Shown: positions 50,261 to 60,497 of the stretch, one piece after another | How positions within the stretch are numbered: position 1 is the stretch's first letter | Layout: each line of letters opens with the position of its first letter | Source: Eubacterium sp. | GTDB lineage: Bacteria; Bacillota; Clostridia; Lachnospirales; Lachnospiraceae | Assembly: GCA_017938215.1 (NCBI GenBank) | Contig: JAGBBZ010000034.1 | Coordinates: forward strand, 35,207 to 99,206 | DNA: 64,000 nt | Direction: 5' to 3' | The notes under the pieces: generated by a model | Databases searched by the model: none | The model's input: the letters and a program-made list of their open reading frames with translations, nothing else | What the model was told of the DNA's origin: nothing | Translations under genes and position numbers: made by a program

Positions 50261-53200
50261 GTGTTATCGAAGTTAAGTGTAAAGAAGCCCTATACCGTGC
50301 TGGTGGCAGTTGTACTTGTTTTAGTTCTTGGATTTTTGTCCTTCCGTGATATGAGTACAGATCTTTTGCCGGATATGGAGCTTCCCTATGCCATTGTTAT
50401 GACTACATATCCGGGAGCAAGTCCGGAAGAGGTTGAGACTGCGGTGAGCCGTCCGATTGAACAGGCGATGGCAAGTATTAGCAATATGAAAGAAGTATCT
50501 TCCATGTCGAGTAGCAATATGTCCATTGTCGCGTTGGAATTCAATGAAGGAACAGACATGAATGCTGCGACGTTGGATATGAGAGAAAGTTTGGATATGA
50601 TTGCATCCCAATGGGATGATAGTATCGGAAGTCCAACGATTATGAAGCTGAATCCGGATATGATGCCGGTTATGGTTGCTGCCATGGACTATGATGACAT
50701 GGATAGTATTCAGGTGACGGATAAGGCAGAAAAAGACATTATTCCAGAAATCGAAAGTGTGGAAGGTGTGGCATCGGTAACGGGTGCTGGACAGGTTGAG
50801 AAGAAAATCGAGGTTATCATCCAGCAAGATAAGATTGACGCGATGAACAAAAAGGTTCAGGATGCAGTAGAAGGAAAGATGGATGATGCCAGTGATGAGA
50901 TTGATAAAAATCTGGATAAGATCGAGGATGGAAAAGAAACCTTGACTCAGCAGCAGGAAGAGACTGCTGAGCAGTTGGCAAAAGGCGAAGAAAAGCTTGT
51001 GAAATCTTCTGAGAAGATGACGAAAACATTAAAGACCATCAATAAAAATCTTAAAACAGTCAAGGAAAATGAAAAGAAATTAATCGAGTCAGAAAAACAG
51101 TTAAAAACTGGTTTGGCACAGCTTCGTGCTCAGAAGGCTACTGTTGAGGCGACGATTAAATCTTTAACCAATGCGAAGACGGGATTGGAGCAGTTGCAAA
51201 CGGGACTTTCCGGTTTGAATACCCAGAAGCAGGCGATTGAGGGGCAGATTGCTTCCATGGGAGAAACCCCAGAGTTAAAAACACAATTGGATGCCATCAA
51301 TGCTCAAATTGGTGTTTTGCAGGGGCAATTAGCACAGCAGGGAATTCAGGAAGCGGATTTGGCAACAAAAATTGCAGAAGTTTCTACCGGACTTACTCAG
51401 GCACAGGCAGGACTTGCTGAAATCAATACGCAAGAGACCAAGTTAGTGAAAAGTCAGAAGCAGCTGAAAAAAGGGAAAAAGAAACTTGTTGCAGGAAAGA
51501 AGAAGTTACAGGATGCGAAGAAAAAGCTGAAGAAGGGTCAAATCACAGTAGAAGAAGCGACTCGTGAAATTAGTAAACAAAAGGTACTTGCAGCAATCAA
51601 ACTCAGTGTGGCTGAGGTGGAAGTAACCAATGGTGAGTCGAAGCTGAATGAAGCGGCAAAAACCTTAGAGGATACGGAAAAAACTACGAAGGATAGTACA
51701 AACTTGAAAAAAATCATTACGAAGACCATGGTAGAAGGTATCCTAACTGCGGAAAACTTTGATATGCCGGCAGGATATATTACAGAAGAAAAAGCGTCCT
51801 ATCTCGTTCGCGTCGGTGATAAACTGGAATCCGATGGAGATGCGGGAGATCTTGTAATCTGTGATATGGGATTGGATGGTTTAGAGCCGATCAAATTATC
51901 CGATGTGGCAGATGTGGTAGTGACAGATAACTCGGATGAGGTTTATACTGTAGTAAATGGAAATCAGGCGGTAGCACTTACCATTGAAAAAGCTACGGGA
52001 TATTCTACCGGAGATGTCAGTGACAGTTTGATTGAGCGCTTTGAAGAATTGGAGAAAGAACACGAAGGACTTCATATTAGTATTTTGATGGACCAGGGTG
52101 TGTACATTGACATGGTGGTGGATTCCGTTGTGTCCAACTTGATATCGGGTGGTTTGTTGTCCATTATTATCTTGTTCTTGTTCCTTTGGGATTTGCGCCC
52201 AACCTTTATCGTGGCATGTTCGATTCCGCTTAGTGTGGTGGCGGCTGTTGTCATGATGTACTTTAGTGGAGTATCTTTGAACATTATTTCTTTGTCCGGT
52301 CTTGCACTGGGAGTAGGAATGCTGGTGGATAACTCTGTCGTTGTAATTGAAAATATCTATCGTTTGCGTAACGAAGAAGGATATAGTTTGAAGGAGGCAT
52401 CCATCGAAGGTGCAAGACAAGTGGGAGGTGCGATTCTTGCTTCCACACTTACTACGGTGTGTGTGTTTGCGCCAATTATCTTTACGGATGGTATTACGCG
52501 TCAGCTCTTTACGGATTTGGCATTGACCTTAGCATACTCCTTGCTTGCCAGTCTCATTGTGAGTTTGACCTTGGTACCAGCAATGTCTCAGGGAATGCTT
52601 CGTCGAACAAAAGAGCACCAGTCCAAGGTTGTTATAAGAATGCAAAATGCATATTGCAAGTTGTTGAGATTTTTGCTTAAGAAAAAAGGACTAGTTTTGC
52701 TTGGTTCCTTCGTTTTGTTGATTCTCTTTGCGGCACTTTCCATGTCTCGCGGTTTAGTATTTATGCCAGAGATGCAAAGTACGCAGATGACAGTAACCAT
52801 TACACCGCCAGAGGGCGATGATACTATGGAATTTGTAGAGTTGACCAGACTTTCCACAGAAGCCATGAATCGGATTCAGGAAGTGGAAGGTGTCACAGAT
52901 GTAGGAGCAGTTTCCGGTGGTGGCGGAATGATGTCTCTTATGTCAGGTGGCAGTGATGCGGTGTCCATGTACATTCTTTTGGATGAAAAGATGACACGGA
53001 CGAATCAGGAAATTAAAAAAGAAATTGAAGAGAAAACGCAGGATTTGAATTGCCAATTGGAAGTAAGTGCGTCTGCTATGGACATGAGCATGCTGACGGG
53101 ATCCGGCATCAGTATCCAGATCAAAGGTAAGGACTTGGATAAGATGCAAGCCATAACGGAAGAAATTATGGCGAAGATTCAGAATGTGGAAGGAATCCAG

Positions 53201-54199
53201 GAAGTAACCAATGGTATGGAAGATGGGGAACAGGAAATCCGAGTGACGGTGGATAAGGCGAAAGCGATGGAATATTCTCTTACCGTGGCACAGGTCTTCC
53301 AGCAGATTAATGGAAAAATCAAAGATGCTACTTCCTCCACAACGATATCTACGGATACGGAAGAGTTGGATGTGTATGTAAGTGATGAGGCGGATGAGAA
53401 GATTACACAGGACGATCTTCAGACGATGAAGATTGAATACACGGATACAATGACGCAGAAGAAAAAGAAGGTGAAACTTTCCAAGATTGCAGATTTCAGT
53501 ATTGCAGATTCGCCGACTACCATCAATCGTGTGAGCCAGACACGTTACATGACAGTGTCGGCAACCATCCAAGATGGACATAATATCAGTCATGTAAGCG
53601 AAGATGTAAAAGAATCCTTGGAAGGATATGAAGTGCCTGCCGGATATACAATGGAGTTCACAGGTGAAGATGAAGCAATTCTGGAGTCTGTGGAGCAGCT
53701 TGTACTTATGTTTGTGGTAGGTGTGTTGTTTATGTATCTTATTATGGTTGCGCAGTTCCAGTCCTTGTTGTCGCCATTTATCATCCTCTTTACGATTCCA
53801 CTTGCCTTTACTGGTGGATTCATGGGACTTTGGATGTCAGGAAGCGAAATCAGTGTGATCGCTATGATTGGATTTGTTATGCTTTCAGGTATCATCGTAA
53901 ACAATGGTATCGTGCTTGTGGATTATATCAATCAGCTGCGTGAGCAGGGAATGGAAAAGTACGAAGCTATCGTGGAGGCGGGACGAACACGACTCCGCCC
54001 AATCCTTATGACAGCATTGACCACGATCCTTGGACTTGTACCAATGGTTGTTAGTGGTGACAGTGGTGCAGATATGGTACGTCCGATGTCCATTGTAACC
54101 ATTGGAGGACTGACATACGGAACATTGTTGACTTTGTTTGTCGTACCTTGTATCTATGCGATTTTGAATCGTAAGAAAAATAAGGTTGCAGAAGACTAG
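50261..54199 (+). CDS. RND (AcrB/SwrC-like) efflux permease with large coiled-coil insertion
   Basis: TTYPGASPEEVE, GMLVDNSVVVIENI, ASTLTT, QFQS..SPFII, GIIVNNGIVLVD, RLRPILMTALTT; GTG start after AGGAGG. Confidence 0.93.
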   Translation: MLSKLSVKKPYTVLVAVVLVLVLGFLSFRDMSTDLLPDMELPYAIVMTTYPGASPEEVETAVSRPIEQAMASISNMKEVSSMSSSNMSIVALEFNEGTDMNAATLDMRESLDMIASQWDDSIGSPTIMKLNPDMMPVMVAAMDYDDMDSIQVTDKAEKDIIPEIESVEGVASVTGAGQVEKKIEVIIQQDKIDAMNKKVQDAVEGKMDDASDEIDKNLDKIEDGKETLTQQQEETAEQLAKGEEKLVKSSEKMTKTLKTINKNLKTVKENEKKLIESEKQLKTGLAQLRAQKATVEATIKSLTNAKTGLEQLQTGLSGLNTQKQAIEGQIASMGETPELKTQLDAINAQIGVLQGQLAQQGIQEADLATKIAEVSTGLTQAQAGLAEINTQETKLVKSQKQLKKGKKKLVAGKKKLQDAKKKLKKGQITVEEATREISKQKVLAAIKLSVAEVEVTNGESKLNEAAKTLEDTEKTTKDSTNLKKIITKTMVEGILTAENFDMPAGYITEEKASYLVRVGDKLESDGDAGDLVICDMGLDGLEPIKLSDVADVVVTDNSDEVYTVVNGNQAVALTIEKATGYSTGDVSDSLIERFEELEKEHEGLHISILMDQGVYIDMVVDSVVSNLISGGLLSIIILFLFLWDLRPTFIVACSIPLSVVAAVVMMYFSGVSLNIISLSGLALGVGMLVDNSVVVIENIYRLRNEEGYSLKEASIEGARQVGGAILASTLTTVCVFAPIIFTDGITRQLFTDLALTLAYSLLASLIVSLTLVPAMSQGMLRRTKEHQSKVVIRMQNAYCKLLRFLLKKKGLVLLGSFVLLILFAALSMSRGLVFMPEMQSTQMTVTITPPEGDDTMEFVELTRLSTEAMNRIQEVEGVTDVGAVSGGGGMMSLMSGGSDAVSMYILLDEKMTRTNQEIKKEIEEKTQDLNCQLEVSASAMDMSMLTGSGISIQIKGKDLDKMQAITEEIMAKIQNVEGIQEVTNGMEDGEQEIRVTVDKAKAMEYSLTVAQVFQQINGKIKDATSSTTISTDTEELDVYVSDEADEKITQDDLQTMKIEYTDTMTQKKKKVKLSKIADFSIADSPTTINRVSQTRYMTVSATIQDGHNISHVSEDVKESLEGYEVPAGYTMEFTGEDEAILESVEQLVLMFVVGVLFMYLIMVAQFQSLLSPFIILFTIPLAFTGGFMGLWMSGSEISVIAMIGFVMLSGIIVNNGIVLVDYINQLREQGMEKYEAIVEAGRTRLRPILMTALTTILGLVPMVVSGDSGADMVRPMSIVTIGGLTYGTLLTLFVVPCIYAILNRKKNKVAED

Positions 54200-54209
54200 T
54201 AAAAAGAAT

Positions 54210-54263
54210 ATAATAAAAGGGTCATCGGAATGTAAGAATGCGTTCCGAGTGACCTTTTATTAT
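54210..54263 (+). terminator. Rho-independent terminator after the RND gene
   Basis: AAAAGGGTCATCGGAATG / CGTTCCGAGTGACCTTTT imperfect stem followed by T-rich tail. Confidence 0.7.
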
Positions 54264-54292
54264 TTTAGAAGAATAAGGAGTAAGGAAAGCAT

Positions 54293-55105
54293 ATGAATGC
54301 ACCAATTGGAGTGTTTGATTCAGGCGTAGGCGGACTTACTGTTGTAAAGGAAATCATGCGACAACTTCCGGGAGAAAATCTTGTGTATTTTGGGGATACT
54401 GCCCGGGTGCCATATGGAAGTAAGTCAAAAAATACAGTTTGCAAATACAGCAAGCAGATTGTTCGTTTTTTGCAGACCAAGCAAGTAAAAGCCATTGTTA
54501 TTGCGTGTAATACAGCGAGTGCGCTGGCATTGGATGAAATCCGCGAGGAAATCGATATTCCGGTAATGGGTGTGGTGGAGCCGGGAGCTATGATGGCGGC
54601 AAATACAACCCGCACCAATAACATCGGCATCATCGGTACGGAAAGCACGATCAAAAGTGGTATCTATAATAAATTTTTGCATAAAATCAATCCGGATATA
54701 ACCGTGGTCAGCAAAGCATGTCCTCTGTTTGTGCCTTTAGTGGAAGAAGGTCTGTGGGAGGACCGTGTAACAGAAGATATCGTGGGAAGATATTTGCATG
54801 AATTAAAAGAATATGAGATTGATGCACTTATTTTGGGATGTACCCACTATCCATTGCTCCGACGTGTGATCGGACAGGAAATCGGTGAAGATGTAAAATT
54901 AGTGAATCCGGCTTACGAGACGGCGAAATCTTTGAAGCTTTTGTTGGGCGAGAAGAATTTGTTAAATACGATGAGCATAGAAGAGCATGAACCAACGTAT
55001 GATTACTTTGTAAGTGATGGTGTGGATAAATTCATCTCCTTTGCGGATGATGTGTTGTCCTGTCATGTAGATCACGCGGAGATTGTAGATATCGAATCCT
55101 ATTAA
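54293..55105 (+). CDS. murI: Glutamate racemase
   Basis: FDSGVGGLTV, DTARVPYG, IACNTAS, LGCTHYP. Confidence 0.97.
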   Translation: MNAPIGVFDSGVGGLTVVKEIMRQLPGENLVYFGDTARVPYGSKSKNTVCKYSKQIVRFLQTKQVKAIVIACNTASALALDEIREEIDIPVMGVVEPGAMMAANTTRTNNIGIIGTESTIKSGIYNKFLHKINPDITVVSKACPLFVPLVEEGLWEDRVTEDIVGRYLHELKEYEIDALILGCTHYPLLRRVIGQEIGEDVKLVNPAYETAKSLKLLLGEKNLLNTMSIEEHEPTYDYFVSDGVDKFISFADDVLSCHVDHAEIVDIESY

Positions 55106-55118
55106 AGGGAGGAACAGG

Positions 55119-55892
55119 GTGCGGGGAATTCAAAAAATCATAATAATGGTCGTGACACTTTCGATTGTCCCTATGGAGACATGTTGGATACTGAATGGAG
55201 TTCAGGCGGATGCAGTCACGCCTCTCAGCGAAAATGCAGAAAAGTTTCGTAGCTTTGATATGCCAGCAGAAGCATTGGCATCTCTTCGTAACTTTAACGA
55301 AAAAAAGTGTGAGAAACTAACGATGCAGTTTTTATACGGAGAAAGCAAAGTGCCATTATTTTTCGTAAAACAACTGGAGCCGGAATGTCGGAAGGAATAT
55401 ACCGATGCCATGGCGACGCTACTTAGTGATGTTTCTTGTTTTCCAGTGGCAATTGATGGAACTGGGGCGGCGACCATTTCTTATGAAAATTCATGGGGCA
55501 CGGCGAGAAATTACGGGGGAGATCGGAAGCATGAAGGGGTGGATCTTATGACATCCAACAATGTGCCGGGGTATTTCCCTGCTGTTAGTATATGCGACGG
55601 TATTGTGGAGAAAATGGGTTGGCTGGAGCTTGGTGGCTATCGGATCGGGATTCGAAGCGAACATGGTTTGTATGCGTATTATGCCCATTTGGATTCGTAT
55701 CAAGAAGGGCTTCAAATCGGTGATGAGGTAAAAGCGGGTGATGTTCTGGGATACGTAGGGAATACTGGCTACGGCCCGGAAGGTACCAAAGGACAGTTTG
55801 ATGTGCATTTGCATTTCGGGCTTTATATGGATATCCATGGGAAGGAAGTAAGCGTCAATCCATATGAGATATTACGATATTTAGAAAAGTAG
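55119..55892 (+). CDS. M23 family metallopeptidase (LytH-like)
   Basis: HEGVD (HxxxD), YYAHL, HLHFG; N-terminal signal-like segment; GTG start after GGAGG. Confidence 0.9.
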   Translation: MRGIQKIIIMVVTLSIVPMETCWILNGVQADAVTPLSENAEKFRSFDMPAEALASLRNFNEKKCEKLTMQFLYGESKVPLFFVKQLEPECRKEYTDAMATLLSDVSCFPVAIDGTGAATISYENSWGTARNYGGDRKHEGVDLMTSNNVPGYFPAVSICDGIVEKMGWLELGGYRIGIRSEHGLYAYYAHLDSYQEGLQIGDEVKAGDVLGYVGNTGYGPEGTKGQFDVHLHFGLYMDIHGKEVSVNPYEILRYLEK

Positions 55893-55919
55893 CCTTCGGG
55901 CTTATAATGGAGGTTTCAA

Positions 55920-56510
55920 ATGGAAAAGTGGAAAGGAACAAAATGTGAATGTGGGTATATTCACAAGCAAAAAGTTTTTCAGAGTCTGATGATTTTGCTT
56001 TTTATTGCAATCGGCGTCGGACTTTTTCTGATTGGTTTGGCAATAACGGGGACGAGAGCCAATGTCTTTACTGTGTTGGGAATCTTGATGGTATTGCCGG
56101 GGGCAAAGCGTGTGATTGCAGTAGTGGTTATGTTGCCACATAAGTCCGTGGAGCAGGAACGATATGACGCATTACAGGAGAAATTGTCGAAGAATGCAGT
56201 TCTTTTGACAGACTATGTGTTTACGTCTACGGAAAAGGTAATGCATTTGGATTTTGTTGTCATTGATCGTGAAAATGTCATTGGGATACACGGCCCAAAG
56301 AAAAAGAATACGGACTACATGCAGGAATATTTGCAAAAAGGAGTATCCACGGCAGCAGCTTCTTACAAAGTAAAGATCTGTGATTCGGAAAAAGAATTTC
56401 AACAATTTTACGATCGAATGTCTGCCAGTAAAAAAGAGCAGGTACTCTCGGAGGAAGAGAATAAGCGAAGAGATGCCGTGGTATCGTATCTGAAAATATT
56501 GGCAGTGTAG
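55920..56510 (+). CDS. Hypothetical membrane protein
   Basis: Two N-terminal TM helices; GGAGG RBS; operon-like spacing with neighbours. Confidence 0.75.
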   Translation: MEKWKGTKCECGYIHKQKVFQSLMILLFIAIGVGLFLIGLAITGTRANVFTVLGILMVLPGAKRVIAVVVMLPHKSVEQERYDALQEKLSKNAVLLTDYVFTSTEKVMHLDFVVIDRENVIGIHGPKKKNTDYMQEYLQKGVSTAAASYKVKICDSEKEFQQFYDRMSASKKEQVLSEEENKRRDAVVSYLKILAV

Positions 56511-56522
56511 GAAGGGAAAAGC

Positions 56523-57491
56523 ATGAGAGAGATAGAGATTGGTGTCAATCAGTGCGGACAGCGTCTAGATAAATTTCTTCATAAGTACATGAAAGAAGCG
56601 CCTACGAGTTTTCTATACAAAATGCTTCGAAAGAAAAATATTAAGCTGAATGGGAAGAAAGCGGATGGAAAAGAAAAATTGGTAGAGGGCGATGTGGTTA
56701 CCCTTTATTTTTCCGAAGAAACGTTGGAAAAGTTTTGTGGCAAGCAGCCCCCTTTTGCAATTACGGATAAATGTACGAGCCATGTGTCCTTGGATGTGGT
56801 GTATGAAGATTCACATGTGGTGTGTATCAATAAACCAGCCGGAATGCTTTCTCAGAAGGCAAAGGAAAGTGATGTGAGTCTGGTGGAGCATTTCGTGGCA
56901 TATGCAGGAAGTGCAGAGATTGGATTTACACCGGGAATCTGTAATCGACTGGATCGGAATACAAGTGGATTGGTTATTGGTGGGAAGACTCTTTTGGGAC
57001 TACAAAAAATGTCAGAGTTGATTCATGATCGAAATGTGCGAAAATATTATTTGGCGATTGTACATGGTGAAATGAAGAGCAGGGGAATCGTGGAAGGTTA
57101 TCTGACCAAAGATGAAGCTACCAATACGGTATCAGTGGAACCTAAAGAACGGCCGGGAAGTTCTTATATTAAGACCGGGTATGAGGCTTTGGCAAGCGAT
57201 GGTAATTATACGCTTGTAAAGGTGCAGTTATTTACCGGAAAAACTCACCAGATTCGAAGTCATCTTGCCAGCATATCTCATCCGATCGTGGGAGATGTGA
57301 AATATGGCGGAAAACGAACAAAAGCGATTCGAAGACAATTGCTTCATGCGTATGAGTTACATTTTCCAGAGTTGGAAGCTCCTTTTGAAGGACTTAGCAA
57401 CGGTCGCGTTATTGCACCGGTGCCAAAGGATTTTTATGGAGAAGAAGCAATCCGACGTCTGATGGAACATTTAGAATCGTTAAGAAAGTGA
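56523..57491 (+). CDS. RluA family pseudouridine synthase with S4 domain (RluC/RluD-like)
   Basis: QRLDKFL, INKPAG, NRLDRNTSG, TGKTHQIR, PIVGD.KYG, LHA. Confidence 0.93.
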   Translation: MREIEIGVNQCGQRLDKFLHKYMKEAPTSFLYKMLRKKNIKLNGKKADGKEKLVEGDVVTLYFSEETLEKFCGKQPPFAITDKCTSHVSLDVVYEDSHVVCINKPAGMLSQKAKESDVSLVEHFVAYAGSAEIGFTPGICNRLDRNTSGLVIGGKTLLGLQKMSELIHDRNVRKYYLAIVHGEMKSRGIVEGYLTKDEATNTVSVEPKERPGSSYIKTGYEALASDGNYTLVKVQLFTGKTHQIRSHLASISHPIVGDVKYGGKRTKAIRRQLLHAYELHFPELEAPFEGLSNGRVIAPVPKDFYGEEAIRRLMEHLESLRK

Positions 57492-57501
57492 GGATAAAAC
57501 C

Positions 57502-58065
57502 ATGAAAAAAGTTGTAATGTTATTTGCAGAAGGGTTTGAAGAGGTAGAAGCGTTGATGACGGTAGATTTGTTGCGTCGCGCGGAGGTAGAGGTAACAATG
57601 GCATCGGTGGAAGATGGCATGGAACAGGTAATGGGGTCCCATGGCATCGGCATAACGATGGATGGCAATATGAATGAAGTAAACTGGGAACAGCAGGATG
57701 CAGTAATTCTTCCGGGAGGAATGCCAGGGACGTTGCATTTGGGGGATTCGGAAGCAGTATGTGAAATGGTGAAGAAAATGAACGCAGAAGGAAAGATCGT
57801 GGCAGCCATTTGTGCGGCACCAAGTGTATTAGGGGCATGTGGTGTACTGGAAGGAAAAAGAGCTACAAGTTATCCTGGATTTGAAGAAAAATTGACAGGG
57901 GCGACAGTGGTTACGGATCAACCGGTTGTGGCGGATGGAAATGTGATTACCAGCCGTGGATTGGGAACTTCGATGGAGTTTGGGTTCAAACTGATCGAGT
58001 TACTTGTTTCTAAGGAGAAGGCAGAGGAAATCCGTCAGCAGATTATATTTATGTATTCTTTGTGA
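57502..58065 (+). CDS. DJ-1/ThiJ/PfpI family protein (YajL-like)
   Basis: GFEEVEA, LPGG.PG, AICAAP, ATSYP, ITSRG.GT. Confidence 0.92.
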   Translation: MKKVVMLFAEGFEEVEALMTVDLLRRAEVEVTMASVEDGMEQVMGSHGIGITMDGNMNEVNWEQQDAVILPGGMPGTLHLGDSEAVCEMVKKMNAEGKIVAAICAAPSVLGACGVLEGKRATSYPGFEEKLTGATVVTDQPVVADGNVITSRGLGTSMEFGFKLIELLVSKEKAEEIRQQIIFMYSL

Positions 58066-58080
58066 ACGGGGCATCCTGTG

Positions 58081-58109
58081 TTGCAATTTTAAGACGATGA
58101 TGTTATAAT
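58081..58109 (+). promoter_or_regulatory. Strong sigmaA promoter of the surface protein gene
   Basis: TTGCAA-17 nt-TATAAT with TG extended -10, followed by a 5' hairpin CGAGC-gtttt-GCTCG and an AAGGAGG RBS. Confidence 0.75.
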
Positions 58110-58158
58110 TGAAAAACGAGCGTTTTGCTCGAATAACAAACTAAGGAGGAACTTTAAA

Positions 58159-60363
58159 ATGAAAAGGTTCGCGAGAAAGGCATTGGCCAGTGCTTTGACA
58201 TTCGCTATGGTAGTTTCTTCTGTAGCTGTTGTAGGGACAGAGACAGCAGAAGCAAAAAAAGTAAATGTCAAAAAGGTCACAGTTACTGCACCATCAGGTA
58301 AGACAGCCTATGTTGCTAAAGGGAAGAAAGTGAAACTTTCTGCTACTGTGAAGGTTACTCCAAACAAGAGTGCCAACAAAAAAGTAACATATAAATCCGC
58401 AAATAGCAAAATTGCTACGGTAAACAGCAAGGGTCAGGTAAAAGGTGTGAAAGCCGGAACGACTAAGATTACTGTTGTTTCTAAGAAAAACAAAAAGAAA
58501 AAAGCTACCATCAAAGTAGTTGTTAAGAAAGCAGCTGCAAAGAAGGTTACGATTAGTGCTAAGAAAGCAACGGTTTCCGTAGGTGGAACAAAAAAATTAA
58601 CAGCAAAAGTAACACCGAAGAAAAATGTATGCACGAAAGTTCAGTGGACAACTTCTAAGAAAAAAGTAGCTACTGTGTCAGCAAAAGGTGTAGTAAAGGG
58701 TGTTTCGGAAGGTACTGCAACCATTACCGCTAAGGCTGCTGATGGAAGTGGAAAGAAGGCAACATGCAAAGTGACAGTTGGAGCAGGAATTGCCAATGTA
58801 ACAGTTCCAACAGCAAAGATTGTCCGCGTAGAACTTTCCAGCGCAAAAGCTCTTACTGCTGCAAACTTTGTGATTCAAAACAAATCAACTCCAGAAGGTC
58901 AGTATACAACCACAGAGGGCATTGAGAAAATTGAGACAAAAGACAATGGAAAAACATATGACGTCGTTCTTGACGAAGTAAGCCGCATCAGCAGCAACAC
59001 ATATGTAAAAGTTACCATTGATGCTCTCAAAACAGATAAGTCCAAAGAAATTTATGTTGGTGAGATTCCTGGCTACAACTACAGTGTGACAGATACGGTT
59101 GAGCGTGTAACAGGAACACAGAATTCTTCTTACACAGCATCCTGGTACTTGGATGATGTGGGAGCGGTAGGAACAGTGAAGTACAGCGTTTCTGGCCTTC
59201 CAACTGGATTGAAGGCATACATCAACAAGCAGGGAACAAGCGTAAGTATCAAAGGAAAGTTCACAAACGTAGAGAATGGTACAACGGCAGTTCTTACAGG
59301 TGTTGATGAGACAGGTAAGACATTTAAGAAGACATATGTATTCTATGTAGGTAGTGAATCCGTAATGTATGGTAATTTCTTGGATCGTACGGTTCTTTCC
59401 TATGTTCCTGAGAATACAGCAACAGGAGAGAAAGAGAGCGGATATCGTTTTAATGATTCCATTCGTTCCATGGCAAATGGAGTGATTGTAGGTGGAACAG
59501 GCGTTTACAAATATTCTGCAACAGGTCTTCCAGCTAACGTAACAATGGATGAAGATGGTTACTTGTCCATCGCAAAAGATGTAAACGGGAACCGACTTCC
59601 AGTAGCAGCTGGAACATATTCGGTATCTGTAACGATCAAGGATACAGCAGAAACACCAGTATCTGTTATTCTTCCATTTACACTTAATGTGGTAGAAGGT
59701 GTAACGGTTACCGGTACGGTTAAAGATGCTTCTGGTGCAGGCGCAAGAGAAATTCGTGTATACGGACATACAAAGGCAGATGAGTATGGAAGAGATTATT
59801 CTTTCTCTGCAACAACAGAGGCAGATGGTAAATACAAAGTACGTGTGATTCCTGGTGATTATAATCAGTATGTGTACTTTGACACATCTTATGACAACAG
59901 CATCGGAAATGTATACACAACTGGTACTGTGACAAAAGATTTCACATTGCCATTGTATTACGTAACATTTACAACTGGTATTTCAGGTGCAACTGCATAT
60001 GAAACAGAGGACGATCTTCGTGTATATGATGTATATGGTATTGGTACAGAGATTTATAGCGAGTATGGTACAGGTATTCTTTACACATATTTGAAGGCCG
60101 GAACGTATGAGTTCTCTCCAGCCGCAGACGATGATGATAATGTGGTTTATGCGTATACAAAATACAACAAAGATCACGTACAGGGAGAAGGATCCGGATT
60201 CATCGGTTATCTCGGTGAGTATACATTGACAGGTTCCTTCAATGTAACTAGTACAGGAGCAATCGGTCTTACTGCTAAATTGATCGAGGCACCTCAGCCA
60301 GAGGCTACCGTGACTCCAGGACCTACCATTACTCCAGGGACAGAAACACAGCCAGTTGCGTAA
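58159..60363 (+). CDS. Secreted multi-Ig-domain surface protein
   Basis: Signal peptide ending AEA; two Lys-rich Big_2-like repeats (IATVNSKGQVKGVKAG, VATVSAKGVVKGVSEG); GLPTGL and GLPANV putative Ig repeats; VTGTVKD...TEADGKY beta-sandwich; P/T-rich tail. Confidence 0.85.
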   Translation: MKRFARKALASALTFAMVVSSVAVVGTETAEAKKVNVKKVTVTAPSGKTAYVAKGKKVKLSATVKVTPNKSANKKVTYKSANSKIATVNSKGQVKGVKAGTTKITVVSKKNKKKKATIKVVVKKAAAKKVTISAKKATVSVGGTKKLTAKVTPKKNVCTKVQWTTSKKKVATVSAKGVVKGVSEGTATITAKAADGSGKKATCKVTVGAGIANVTVPTAKIVRVELSSAKALTAANFVIQNKSTPEGQYTTTEGIEKIETKDNGKTYDVVLDEVSRISSNTYVKVTIDALKTDKSKEIYVGEIPGYNYSVTDTVERVTGTQNSSYTASWYLDDVGAVGTVKYSVSGLPTGLKAYINKQGTSVSIKGKFTNVENGTTAVLTGVDETGKTFKKTYVFYVGSESVMYGNFLDRTVLSYVPENTATGEKESGYRFNDSIRSMANGVIVGGTGVYKYSATGLPANVTMDEDGYLSIAKDVNGNRLPVAAGTYSVSVTIKDTAETPVSVILPFTLNVVEGVTVTGTVKDASGAGAREIRVYGHTKADEYGRDYSFSATTEADGKYKVRVIPGDYNQYVYFDTSYDNSIGNVYTTGTVTKDFTLPLYYVTFTTGISGATAYETEDDLRVYDVYGIGTEIYSEYGTGILYTYLKAGTYEFSPAADDDDNVVYAYTKYNKDHVQGEGSGFIGYLGEYTLTGSFNVTSTGAIGLTAKLIEAPQPEATVTPGPTITPGTETQPVA

Positions 60364-60392
60364 GGTGATTGAATACAAAATAAGCAAATTAC

Positions 60393-60426
60393 AGGACTTC
60401 GGTGATTTCTCATCGGAGTCCTTTTT
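60393..60426 (+). terminator. Rho-independent terminator
   Basis: AGGACTTCGGTGA / TCATCGGAGTCCT stem followed by TTTT. Confidence 0.8.
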
Positions 60427-60428
60427 GC

Positions 60429-60457
60429 TTGCCAAATACGCCCATATTTGTTATGAT
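60429..60457 (+). promoter_or_regulatory. SigmaA promoter for the DUF5662-cysK unit
   Basis: TTGCCA-17 nt-TATGAT with TG extended -10. Confidence 0.65.
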
Positions 60458-60497
60458 AAAAGATAGTGTTAAAGTTACAGAAATGGAGGAAAATGAA

